From the NCBI GenBank assembly GCA_964016885.1, contig OZ024740.1:237460001-237524000 (forward strand): a stretch of DNA of 64,000 bases. The letters are read 5' to 3'. This DNA comes from Eledone cirrhosa (taxonomy: Eukaryota). The translations under genes were made by a program, and so were the position numbers. Shown in pieces: positions 18,534 to 30,604 of the stretch. The notes below the pieces were generated by a model. It made no database searches. It saw only the letters and a program-made list of their open reading frames with translations, and was not told the origin of the DNA. Position 1 is the stretch's first letter, and each line of letters starts with the position of its first letter.

Positions 18534-18601
18534 CCCGGACTCGAGTTTCGGCCACACTAATGCAACAATGCACAATCGGCTTATGCGACTTCATCAGCGG
18601 A
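18534..18601 (-). ncRNA. Type I hammerhead with canonical core and GUC site (solo pLTR-like remnant ~18385-18640)
   Basis: Minus strand: tccg-CTGATGA-a-GTCGCAT...GTGTGGC-c-GAAA-CTCGAG-TC-cggg; stem III is palindromic. Confidence 0.72.
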
Positions 18602-18639
18602 TATCGCCTAAGCAATAACCAATCGATCGACAGAATCCA

Positions 18640-18945
18640 GGCTAGCAACTTCAATGGACATGTGGGGCAGTACCAGGATGACTTCAATGGAGTTCACAGT
18701 GACTATGGTTATCGTTCAAGAATTGAACAGGGATTGAGGCCCTTGGAATTCTGTGATGCAAATGAACTAACCATTTGCAACACAAATTTCAGGAAACTAG
18801 CCAGCCACCTCATCTCATATGAATCAGGTGAACACAAAAGCCAAATTGAGTATTTACTTGTTAGACAACAATACAAATGGACTGTAATAAATACTAAGGC
18901 CTTCCCTGGGGAGGAATGCACCACTCAGCACAAGTTAATTATTAG
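18640..18945 (+). mobile_element. RTE apurinic-like endonuclease fragment
   Basis: NFNGHVG...LEFCDANELTICNTNFRK...YESGEHKSQIEY...GEECTTQHKL. Confidence 0.8.
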
Positions 18946-18971
18946 AATTAAGAGAGCAGAAATATTATTAT

Positions 18972-19174
18972 ATTATAAATTTATGTTCATACATGGAACA
19001 AAAGCGCTACCCAATATTTCAAGTCCCAATATTGGCTATATCTCCTGAATACAAGAGGCATCAAGCACCTGAAGATAGGTCACAATTTTGATGCCACTTG
19101 TATTCTGGAGGTGTGGTCAATATTGGGCTTTCAAACATTGGGTAGCACTTTTATTCCATGTATGAGTATAAATA

Positions 19175-19175
<1 letters not shown>
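18972..19175. repeat. Diverged fold-back with degenerate hammerhead (+, ~19065-19147)
   Basis: ATACATGGAACAAAAGCGCTACCCAAT...GCATCAA mirrors TTGATGCC...ATTGGGTAGCACTTTTATTCCATGTAT. CTGAAGA is at 19069; GAAA is kept only in the mirror arm. Confidence 0.6.
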
Positions 19176-19230
<55 letters not shown>

Positions 19231-19802
19231 AGCATTGAACAAATTGAACAATGGACGTAAAATGATGATGATATATATATATTTTATACACTCATGCATA
19301 TACACATAATTTATATATCACAACTACAAGCTGTCAAAAGTATTGACCATGTAAATGTTGTGATGTGGAAATTGAATTATTGTTATAGTTATTTGCATTG
19401 CAATTTATTATAGATATTTTCTATATGATTCTACCTTGATATATTGTTTTCCTGTAATCTATGGACAGTCTGTTACCTTGGGTATTAATGAATGTCAATG
19501 TCCATGCTGGTTTTGCTCTTGTCAACAGCACAGCATTACGTTGGCATTTCAATTCAGTTTCATTTAAAATGAAAAATTGAATGAGAGCAAAATAATTCTG
19601 TTTGGAGATCTTCTGTATTTCATTGTACAATTCATCAAATATTCACTATTGCAGGCACAACTATATGGTTAAGTAGTTTGCTTGACAACTATGTAGATTT
19701 GGGTTCTATCCCACTGCAGTGGCATCTTTAGCAATGTGTCTTGTACTAACTTTAGGCTGATCAATGCCTCATGGTTGAATCTGGTAAATTGAATTATATG
19801 TG

Positions 19803-20145
19803 TATCATCATCATCATTTTACGTCCGCTTTTCCCTGCTTGGAAGGGTGGGATTGGTCCTATTCAGCACAGCATCTCTCCACTTGTCACGGTCCTTCGTC
19901 ATCTCCACTGTGAGCTTCAGCGATCTGAGGTCTGCTCTCACTACCTCTGCCCATGTTTTTTGTGGTCTACCTCTACCACGTCTTCCTTCAACTGGCACGT
20001 CTTGGCACTTCACCCATCGATCATCTTCCATACACCTCACATGTCCATACCACCGCAGTCTCCTCTCTCACACACTACAATCTATCCCTCTCAGACACGG
20101 TTTCTCTCTCAACACATCCATGCTCTGTCATTCACGTACATTGAC
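19803..20145 (-). mobile_element. RTE LINE 3' fragment
   Basis: Highly similar to 70-430 (EGRRGRGRPQKTW); (GAT)n tail. Confidence 0.88.
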
Positions 20146-20909
20146 ATAGAGAAGTTCCCATAGACAGCCAGTCTTAAACTCCTCTGTTATGGCTTGGGGG
20201 ACTATAATTTATATATATAATTTAAAAAAACATATGGGACATAGAAAGGAAACAGAAAACTCAGAAAAGACAAGCACATAGACAGTTCCCGTTCATCAGT
20301 TGTCTTCTGGGAATCATTATAGTTCCAGATGCTATCATCGCTTACTATCCACATTTCCATGCTGGCATGGTTGGACATATGTGTATTTATATAATTACTC
20401 ACCACTTCAAAATGTTGAACATCACATATGTTTATTTACCTTTACAAAGCTGTTTGATTCCGCTTTCTAATTTAGATGGTGATTGTTGCCATAGATCCTT
20501 TAGCTCAATGGATAGAGCCTTCAGCTGGTATCTGACCGATATGAGGTTTGATTGCTCATAACAGCTGCTGCCAACTTTCTCTTTGTATACAGGGACTGTA
20601 TTTACAGTTATTTTCTATATTTGATTATACCACATTTTCTATGAACTTCATATTCCCTCAGTGCTTTCAAAGTTCAAACTTTGCATGCAATGGTTGTGTG
20701 TGTGTGTGTGTGTGCGTGTGTGCGTGCATGCGTACATCATCGTAATCATCATTCAATGTATGTTTACTCTGTTGGCATGGGTTGGATGGATCAATACTTA
20801 ATCAGTGTTTCTGATGTCCCAGATGGGCCACGGGCAACATCTCACTTGCGTACATGCAGGTACTCTACACAGTGTACTGGGCAAATTTTATTGCACAAGC
20901 ACTGAGGTT

Positions 20910-21240
20910 CATCATCATCATCATTTTACATCCGCTTTTCCCTGCTTGCAAGGGTGGGACAGATCCCCTTCAGCACACACCATCTCCCCATTCATCATGG
21001 TCCTTCGTCATCTACTCTGTGAGCTTCAGCGATCTGAGGTCAGCTCTCACCACCACCGCCCATGTTTTTCGTGGTCTTCCTCTACTGCATCTTCCTTCCG
21101 CCAGGATTTCTTGGCACTTCTTCACCCACCGGTCATCTTGCATGTGCATCACATGGCCATACCAAAGCAGTCTTCTCTCTTACAAACTACAGTTTATCCC
21201 TCTTATACAAAGTTTTACTCTGAAGTATTTTGCAGCTATG
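20910..21240 (-). mobile_element. RTE LINE 3' fragment
   Basis: Same 3' end as 70-430, more diverged. Confidence 0.8.
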
Positions 21241-21249
21241 TCACACACA

Positions 21250-21965
21250 CACACCTGAGGTACACTGTAGCAGTGTCACACACGTGTGGTACACTCTAGT
21301 AGTGTCACATACCTGAGGTATGCTGTAGTAATGTCACATACCTGAGGTACACTGTAGTAGTGTCACACTTGAGGTACACTGTTATAGTGTCACACTTGAG
21401 GTACACTGTTATAGTGTCACACTTGAGGTACACTGTAGTAGTGTCACACTTGAGGTACACTGTAGTAGTGTCACACTTAAGGTACACTGTAGTAGTGTCA
21501 CACTTGAGGTACACTGTAGTAGTGTCACACTTGAGGTACACTGTAGTAGTGTCACACTTGAGGTACACTGTAGTAGTATCACACTTAAGGTACACTGTAG
21601 TAGTGTCACACTTGATGTACACTGTAGTAGTGTCACACTTAAGGTACACTGTAGTAGTGTCACACTTGAGGTACACTGTAGTAGTGTCGCAATTGAGGTA
21701 CACTGTAATAGTGTCACACTTAAGGTACACTAGTAGTGTCACACTTAAGGTACACTGTAGTAGTGTCACACTTGAGGTACACTAGTAGTGTCACACTTGA
21801 GGTACACTATAGTAGTGTCGCAATTGAGGTACACTGTAATAGTGTCACACACAAGAGGTACACTGTAGTAGTGTCACACACAAGAGGTACATTGTAGTGA
21901 CACACTTGAGGTACACTGTAATAGTGTCACACACAAGAGGTACATTGTAGTGACACACACACACC
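21250..21965. repeat. 27-bp minisatellite (GTCACACTTGAGGTACACTGTAGTAGT)n
   Basis: About 25 tandem units; they give the spurious SHLRYTVVV/CDTTTVYLK ORFs. Confidence 0.95.
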
Positions 21966-22784
21966 TGAGCTACACGCCAATAGTGACACAAAGTAGGGGT
22001 ACATTGGTAGTTGTGGTTGGTCAGGGTGAGGATTGAAATAATAGTTTTAAGGTAATCTTTAGAGATGATGGTACAATGTATTATAGTTCTCGATAGAAAT
22101 GTTATTCTGCACTTTATCATAGTCCTATTTTCTGGTGTTGTCATAATCTCTATATTAGTGAGGGTGTTATACACCATCCCCCCTCTATTCTGGGGTGTTA
22201 TAACTCCCACCTCACTCCTTGATATATCTGCCGTGTGTGAGGGTTATAATCTTCTATATTTCTGGGTGTATATGCTAATCCCCTGTATACTTGAATGTAT
22301 TGTAATCTGCCAACCCTTTAAAGCTTGGTTTCCTATTTGCTCATGGTAGTATGCAGACCATCATTAGTTTCCTCAGATTCTACTGTTTATTATATTATTT
22401 TATTATATTATATAGTAAATTTACTTCATGACAGGTGATATGTTGATATTTTGTCCTTGAATTTGGCATAGGCACACACATAGACACACTATAAGCTTAG
22501 TCATATCATTACAATTGAAGTGTATTTACCTGAATCTAGTTTTAGCAACAGAGTAAAAATAAAAATAAAAATCTATCTAGTAGATATTAGATGAATGAAC
22601 AAAGAGAATTGAGATATTTATCTAAAAACTAGATTTTATTGATTTTCAATATAAAATTGAAGAGAAGCTTACAGCTATTGTATCCCATGTCAATATATAA
22701 TGGATTTGTGATATGTTTTACGAAACATATTACACACCCTCTTTCTTTCCCCTTCTATCACTATATTTCTATCCCTCTCCCCCA

Positions 22785-22876
<92 letters not shown>

Positions 22877-22924
22877 ATATATATATATATATACACATGA
22901 CCCTCCCAAAGTATAACAATATAT

Positions 22925-24312
22925 ATATATATATATACGAGAGAGTATTGAAGTTTGCTTGAAGCATTGTGGAATAATAAGGTAAATTTCTTTAAGTCGT
23001 TTGGAAGCCTCGACAATGCAGATCGGTAAATCTCCGGGTAACAAGATCCGGTGGTGGAGAGAGAGATGTAAATGGGTGTACGTTGAGATGCGTGGCGTGT
23101 AGAAGACTGTAACATGTAGAGGAATGAAGCAAAGAGCATAAAGGATAAAAATAAAAATAACAACACGAGAGAGAGTTACCTTGGGAGAGATTTAATTGTC
23201 CCTATATATTTCGGATTCACATCCATCAACTGGGGGTTTTTTCCGGAGTGGGGGAAAGGTCTGTCGGAAAGGTGCGAAACGTGTCCTCCACTGTTCGTTG
23301 TTTTGAATATCTGAGGTATTCAGCAGAGCGCGCGTGCGCGTGAAATGGGGTCGGTCAGGCAGAGGTCAGCAGCCGAAGTAGTTCTTTCAATTGTGGGAGT
23401 GGGGTGGCGCTAGCTGTCAGTCCATCCTCTGACTGTTTGGTGAATGTTACTGTGTGTCTGTGTGTGTGTGTGCGTGTGTTGTTGTCTTGCTTGAGTGTGC
23501 ATGTCTTGTTGCCTTGTTCCTCTGTATTGGCAGTGTAGTATGTTCGTATGGTGGAATGCTACTGTGTGTGTGTGTGTGTGTGCGTGTATTGCTGTCTCGC
23601 TTGTGTGTGTGTGTGCGTGTGTTGTTGCATCGTTTGTTAACTTAAACCAACCACCTCATTTCGCTTCTCTCGGATCGGTTGTTTAATTGTGGCCCTAGGC
23701 GTTTGATCCAAAGTGCTTCCTTGATACGTAACGTGCCGACGTTTCTTTCTGTCGCTAGAATTGTGACAATGGGCCTTCTGTCTTTGTTTCCGCATTTGGC
23801 TATGTGTTTCCGGAAAGACGAGGCCCTGGTTTTAGTGTGTTCCTTGATCCGGATGTGCAACGGCCGGATTGTGCTACCTATATAGTATTGGTTGCACCTG
23901 TCACATTCTATCTTATACACGACGTATGTGTGTAGGCAACAGTTCGCATGGCGCATCGGGCAGTCTCTGAGGGAGCACACGTCAGTTGATTTCCCGGGTT
24001 TCCTGGAGAGGCATCTTCATAGGGAGGGGCCTGAGTGGGCCAGGTGGATGTCGAGGCCCTCCCTCCGTATAGCTTTGCGGATAGCGTTGGTGGTATTCTC
24101 GCCCAGGTGTGGCATTTTAAGGAAGCACTTACCTTGGGTGCCTCTCTGTCTGTTGTGTCTGGTGTCTCCTACTCTGTCTGTGAGCGAGGTAGGGTACCCG
24201 TTAGTCTCCAGCACCTCGAGGAATCGCTTGGTATGAGTGACACCACTCGCGGGATCGCTGCATATATAAATAAAGTTTTCTCGAAGATCAAGTTGGAGTA
24301 CGATTATATTAG
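22925..24312 (-). mobile_element. Penelope-like element 3' part (thumb, GIY-YIG and pLTR), frameshifted
   Basis: Reads LETNGYP...MPHLGE, then VVYKIECDRCNQYYIGSTIRPLHIRIKEH...LRIKEALWI...PQLN. The 3' end abuts (TA)n at ~22920. Confidence 0.88.
23200..23234 (-). ncRNA. Degenerate minimal hammerhead in pLTR
   Basis: ccc-CAGTTGA-t-GGAT-gtga-ATCC-GAAA-TATA-TA-ggg (two core substitutions). Confidence 0.45.
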
Positions 24313-24759
24313 AATTCATAGAATGAGAACTCAACACAAAAATAGTGTTAAAACAGCAAAATGCATCAATGACAGTGTCGGGTAAAATTTACTTCGAAGG
24401 ACAGAAATCAGCAGCTAGATGTGTGTTCGTCCGCAGAAGTGATAGAAAGAAAGGAACAAAAGAAGAAAATGGATGAGACAAGATCAAACAAGCATCTTTT
24501 AACCACACAGCTTTGCAATCGACTGTAGTTTTACATAATTCAACTTGAGAGTAGAGTACCACATAAAATTGCTGGCTCATGCAACAGAAAAATATTTATT
24601 TATGTTAGTATGATGGTTGCATGATAAAATGAACAAATTAGACAGACAGATCAGAGAGAGAAGTAAAATGCATCCTCTCGGCACCAAGTCACCGCTACAA
24701 AGGACAACAAAAGCCCTGGTGCTATGGAAGTGACAAGCAATATTATTTACACACATATA

Positions 24760-26570
24760 TGAAGGATGTTTGCTCCCTACAAGGTTTGACCACTTCTTGT
24801 ACTTTGTCTTTTCCTTCTTGGCTTGAGATCTCAAATGGTTATTGAGTCCTGAAAGCCTGTGAAAGACCCGTCCACAAATAATACAATGATGTCTCATTTC
24901 GTTCTTGTTTCCACTTTGGGTTTGCTTATTGTGTTTCTTCAGATGTCGCTTCAATCCACCTCCTGATTTGTAAATTTTCTGACAAACATAGCACTGGAAC
25001 TGAGTCTGTGCAATGAAGTTTGAATAGTCAACTTGGACTTTACCATCATGTGCTTGTTGGTGTAACTTCAAGCCAGCATTTGAAAGGCACACCTTAGGGC
25101 ACATGGGGCATTTGAAAACCAACACTGGATAAGATTCATCATTATTCCTGGTCGTCTCATTCTTCCACACTTTTCTTTTCAATCCTGCATGTTTTACCCT
25201 CTCCATTTCAAATGCTTTAACTCCATTCCAAATGCCCTTTCTCCAGGCTACTATATCTGTTGCACATGATTCAAGATTTTGGAGGATATGTTAAGGCATT
25301 TTAAGTTTGCTTCTGGAGGTCTCTGTATCTCCTCCTTGGCTTACTATTTAACCTTTTGCCCAGCTTGAGTTCACTATAAAATATTTTCTTGGGGATGTGT
25401 CCATCACCCATATGAATCATGTGACCTGTCCATCTTAACTGATTCCTAATAAGCATAGCTTGAGTAGATGTAACTTTTACCCTAGCAAGAATCTCAGTGT
25501 CTGGAATGAATGTGTTCTGGCTTACTGTTAGTATATGCAAGAGGCATGTTTTGGTGAAACTGCTCCAATATGCTGTGTGTACAAGGTCCATGTCTTGGAT
25601 GGATACAATAGTACAAAGACTACAAATGCAATCTTAGTCTCTAGTGACCAGACTTTAATTTCTAGTCCACCAAAGGCTTTTGTTGCCTTTTGTATACGAG
25701 ATGTAATTTCAGTATCCAATTTGCCATCAGTTTGTTTTCTACTGCCAAGGTATTCAAATGAGGTCACCGTCCTTAGGATTGTGCCTTTAACGAGGTTTTG
25801 AGGTGTAGCTTACAAATCTTTTCAACACCAATCCCATTGCAGTCCTATTAGGTGTCCAATGCCTTGCTAAGGTCTACATATCAGTGATATAAACCCCATG
25901 GTTTGTTCTGTGCATTTTTCTTGTAGCTGGCAGATAGTGAAAATCATGTCCACTATCCTGCGAGAGGAGCGAAAACCACACTGTGATTCTGACACAGTTC
26001 TGGGCACGATGAATTTGTGAAGACGCTCTCAAAGAATACACGAGAGTACATATCCAACAACAGATAACAAAGATATGCCACGAAAGTTACCACATAAATC
26101 ACTTAAAAGTGATATTGAAATAGCGTCGACTCAGACCTGTGGTACTTCCTTCACTCTCCAACAATGCAAAAGTAGTGAGGGAAGCATTTCGATCATTCTT
26201 TGTCAACCAAATTTAAATTATTCTGAAGTGATGCCATCGATACCAGGAGATTTATTGTTATTTAATTTCTTCACAGCAGCAGTGATGCCATCAACTGACA
26301 GCTCAAAAGACATTTTTTCGATGATTGGAAGGTTGTCCATTCTTTCAGTTGTGTCCATATTCACATTTGATGACCAGTTAAGCAGATCAGAATAGTGTTT
26401 GCACCCAACGTTTCTGTATGGATATGACTTCCATAAAGAGTTGTTGTCCATCAACAAATCTCACAGGGAATATCGCCATTGCTCTAGGACCAAATGCATC
26501 TTTTATATATGAAAAGAAGGCTTTAGAGTCTTTGCGGTCTGCAGCTGGTTGTGCTTCATTTGCTTCCTAC
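24760..26570 (-). mobile_element. Degenerate RTE-BovB-like LINE with C-terminal C2H2 zinc fingers
   Basis: Fragments read KSPGIDGITSE, FEYLGS...RIQKATKAFG and QLRWTGHMIHM...PKKIFYSEL..GKR, then CPMCPKVC...H / CYVCQKIY...H / CIICGRVF...H. Confidence 0.8.
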
Positions 26571-26589
26571 TGCTCTGAATTTTTGATTT

Positions 26590-26931
26590 CATAGCCTCAA
26601 ACTTACTGTTTTTGTTGGGATTTTTGGTCTTTCCTAAAATATGTGTTATATCTGGGTTTGTGTGTTGTGTTTTTTGTTCTTTTTATTTATTTGTTTATCT
26701 ATATAATTATTTTCTCTCTTTCCTACTTGTCACTAGTTTGTTACTTGTTCTGTTTGTGTGTGTCTGGTTTATCCTATTAGTTTAGTTCTTGTGTGTCTTT
26801 ATATTGTCCTTAGTTACTACATTGTGAGGTTGTTATTCCACTCGTGCATTCTATTTCGTTTTGGTCAAAGTTTGTTTATATTTGTTACTTCAGTAATCTG
26901 TCAGAGCATTGCGTCTGTTCTGTGTGTAGAT
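26590..26931 (-). mobile_element. Decayed 3' end of the Naiad-like PLE family
   Basis: The minus strand translates STHRTDAML*QITEVTNINKL*PKRNRMHEWNNN, compared with [34 protein letters not shown] at 4700-4800. Confidence 0.7.
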
Positions 26932-27174
26932 ACAGGACAGATGCAATGTTCCAACAGATTACCTTCACCTAAACGATAAACAATAAAATACAAAACATAT
27001 ACTGTTTTTAAATAAGTTATATTTCGTTTATTGTATTTTATTATATTCTAGCTTCTACTCTCAGCTCCTATAGTTTACTATTCTTACCTTGCCCTGAACT
27101 GCACACACTACCAAAAGCAACTACACAACCCACTATATATATATGTGTGCGTGTGTATATATATATATATATAC

Positions 27175-27432
27175 TCACAGGCTGTAAAGGGGTTGTGTTG
27201 GTGACATGACAAAAAACACCCAGTCCACACTGTAAAGTGGTTGTATAGGTATCCTGACAAAAAGTGGCCAGTGCACACTGTAACTGTGGTTAGCGTTAGG
27301 AAGGGCATCCAGCTGTAGAAACCAAGCCCAAATCGGTTCTGTATGAGCAGGACATGGTTGTCTGACCTGGCTTGTCTCACAACAGGGTAACTCGTCTAAC
27401 CCATGCTAGCATGGAAAAAATGGATGTTAAAA
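27175..27432 (+). mobile_element. RTE 3' UTR fragment
   Basis: CACACTGTAAAGTGGT subrepeats, GGTTAGCGTTAGGAAGGGCATCCAGC and CCCATGCTAGCATGGAAAA...GGATGTTAAA. Confidence 0.75.
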
Positions 27433-28041
27433 ATAGAAAAATGGGAATATGTAAATGTGTGTGTGTTGTTTTTAATGTTTTGTGTGTAATCACTGTATAT
27501 ATTGGTGGAATGGTTTATACGTTGTTTGTAGTGGCGTCTATGTATGTCTGGCTATATTAACATTGTGTATGAATGTGGTTTGTCAGTGTGTGTATCAAAT
27601 ATAAAAGAAATTATTATTGACAAAGATGTACATGTTAATTATATATCCGTTCATTAAAAAAAAAAATGAAATTCAAATTCAAGGTGTTCAGCTGAAGTTG
27701 AAATAAACAAAAAAAAGCTTTAAATTGTCATAGCAACCACACTAAACAATGCTAGGTAAGAAATGCATGTGTATATGTGCTGATATATGTCTATGCATGC
27801 GTTTCTATGTGGGGTTGTTTTTTTTAGTAATAAGTGTGTTAAAGTTATTTTGTTGTATGTGTAAGGTATCTAAGTATGTGTAGATACGTGGATGAGGGAG
27901 GCTACTGGTTGTGGTGGGAAGAACAGATTAGGGGAAGAGGGGTGGTGCATTAAGGCCATGGGGGGAGATTTATTGAGAAAAAAATAATCCTCTGTTGCTC
28001 TCTGGCAGCGCTTGTCTGGGGGTTTGGTGCAGGAAGCAAGC

Positions 28042-28271
28042 TTAACCCTTTAGCATTTACATTACTCTGTATATACTATTGTATTTTTGTGGTAAAGGCT
28101 TTATCTTACGTAATTTATCTCACATAATATCGAAGCTATGAAATTTTGATATTATTTATTTTGAGAACAGTACCTTAACATCAGTATGAGTGGCTGGTTA
28201 CAGCCAGTTTGAACAGAAAGAGGTGAGAAAATTTTGGCCGGATATGGCCAGTTTAAATGCTAAAGGGTCAA
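28042..28271. mobile_element. piggyBac-type MITE
   Basis: TTAA-CCCTTTAGCATTTA ... TAAATGCTAAAGGG-TCAA (TIR plus TTAA-like TSD). Confidence 0.7.
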
Positions 28272-29233
28272 ACACAGTAAACTGATGTGCTGAATGATCG
28301 GCAGTACAGTAATGTCAGACCACTGAGGACAGGTTGCTGTTCCGGATGTTCTGAAAATATTCAGCTAATCTGTTGGCCAGTCAACGGCTGGTCTGATCAA
28401 TGTATATGGTCTCATCGGAGCCCATAGACAAGGCTTGTGGAAGTGCAACTGGAAGAGTCCCTAACATGAAAGATACTGCCGTTAGGTCCAATGAAGGTGG
28501 TGGTGTGGCAGCAGGATCGAGAGCCGGAATGGGATTCAGGAGAGGAGTTGGAAGGAGAGAGGAATTGCAGACAAGTAAATTCTGAATGTTGCATGCCAGT
28601 TTAAAAGAGAGGAGGAGTGGGAGGGGGAAATGGGAGAGGTGGAGTGATCTAACTAGAGGTGGTGGAAGGGTGGTAGGTAAAGGGAAATGGTAGCCAGTTG
28701 GTGGGGGATATGGTGTGGTGTAAGGGCAGAGGTGCAGCTGACTCCACGGACACGGGTGAGAGCAGCTTGTATCAGGGCAGGTGGGGTATCCTCACTAGGT
28801 GAATTGTCTAGCCATATAATGAGCCTGAGCCTCAAAGTCATGTGTTCGACTGCACAAACAGCAAAGACAAAGGAATTAGGGGAGTAGGGGATGGCATGTT
28901 TGGTGTGGGTGGGATCGGAGGTGAAGTCATGGGAGGAGATGGGTTTAAAGAAGGCATATATATGTGTGTGTGTTCACTCAAAATTCTGATCAGATTGTAT
29001 CTGTTCATAGCTATTTCAGTCAATATTACATATTGTCACATTTATATTTAAATTATTTCTTGGGCAGTTTTCCTCATATTGATTATATATTCACTGATGA
29101 GGAGGACAAAGAAAGGGGACAGGGAACAGGAAATAACTGTATTATATAGCATCACAGGAGCAACTGTGTCAGTCAATATTTTACATGAATGGGCAGTGGT
29201 GAACCAGTGGAAGTGGTGTGCTTGTGTGCTAGC

Positions 29234-30604
29234 TTAACCCTTTAGCATTCACATTACTCTATATATCATTATCTATAAAAGGCAGATTGTTGTTGTGTGT
29301 ATGTGTGAATGTTCCATGTTTATACATTTGCACAATTTCAAACCGATTCGACTCAAAGTCTGTAAGAATGTTGTAAATGGTCTAACTTAGGTCAACGACT
29401 ATTTATTTATTTCAAAATCACCCACAATTATGGAAATAATCGATAAAACTAAATACAACAACAATCTGCCTTTTATAGATAATGATGATGATGATATATA
29501 TATTTGTTATAAGAACAGATTAAAGTTTAAGCAAAGAATCGCTGCTTTCAACATTAATGGGATCTTCTGAAACTAAAAAATTTAATCTGTGAACGCTGAA
29601 GTAAATATTTCGAGAAACGTTGCAACCGAAGGAAAACAGGAAGGCGATATTTTGGTTCGTGAAGACGTCCCTGGCAATGAACGGGAAAAAAGCGAGGATA
29701 ATACGTCGTTATGTGGACTGAGAAGAACAATTTCATGCAAAGACAAGACCAAGTTTATGGTATAAATGGAGTCGTTAGACTAATATTCTATTTAAAATAA
29801 GCGAATGATTTCCAGCCCTGGAGTTTAAGAATGATGTAAATAAAATTGAAAACGAATATGACAGAGGTTATTGAAATAGTAAAAGTAAATAGTGAAGATT
29901 TAGGCCAGTAGATATGTATGCACCGACGGACATACACATACATATACATACGCGTGCACACACACACACACGCGTGTGTGTGTAAGCCTTATGCATTTCT
30001 ACAGTATTTTCACCAAACTTAAGACATAGGTTACTTATGTACTCCGGATGGTCATGGACACTTTCATTTTTCCAGATATTGATTATAGGGTCTCCCGGCA
30101 GATAACCCCCTTCAACCACTTCCTTGGAGTCGACTGAAGCACTGCAGTGCAATGCAACAAAACGTCATAACTTCTGGAGTTCGCAACTGATTTTCACAAA
30201 ACTTGACACATGTGCTACGTTTGTTCTACAGATGAATGTGAATTGGCACATATTGAGTAGGGGACCCCTAGGGGCAGGAACCCCCTTTGGGAAAAAGCCG
30301 ATAATTTTGTAAAAGTAGAGTTTTCGAAGCAGCACTGAAGTATTGACATAAATGGTATACATAACTGCTATTTAATACCCGAGCAAAAAATATAATAGTA
30401 CTCTGCTAGTACTATTATATTTTCATGGTAAATGCTTTACCTCACATAATTATCTCACATAATATCAAATCTATGAGATTTTGAAAGTATTTATTTTGAG
30501 AACAATATCTTAAGATCAGTTTGAGTGACCAGTTACAGCCAGTTTCAACAGAAAGAGGTAGAGAATTCTGGCCGGTTTTGCCGGTTTGAACATTAAAGGG
30601 TTAA
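29234..30604. mobile_element. Second piggyBac-type MITE copy split by ~1.1 kb of nested insertions
   Basis: Left end TTAACCCTTTAGCATTCACATTACTCT. The right part 30410-30604 matches 28075-28271 and ends AAAGGGTTAA. The insert ends in a Helitron-like ...CTGCTAGT. Confidence 0.65.

Noticed and set aside
21250-21965. CRISPR-like regular array or repeat protein
   Set aside because: Head-to-tail 27-bp units with no unique spacers and no cas genes, in eukaryotic context. A unit length divisible by 3 explains the ORFs.
21845-22349. ORFs next to the minisatellite
   Set aside because: No recognisable domain or splice context.
24577-25206. Host C2H2 zinc-finger gene
   Set aside because: It is collinear with, and directly downstream of, decayed RTE RT sequence on the same strand.
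27724-27762. X-box-like ATTGTCATAGCAAC followed by a GTAAG donor, as a possible first exon
   Set aside because: Short motifs expected by chance; no synaptophysin-like coding sequence nearby.
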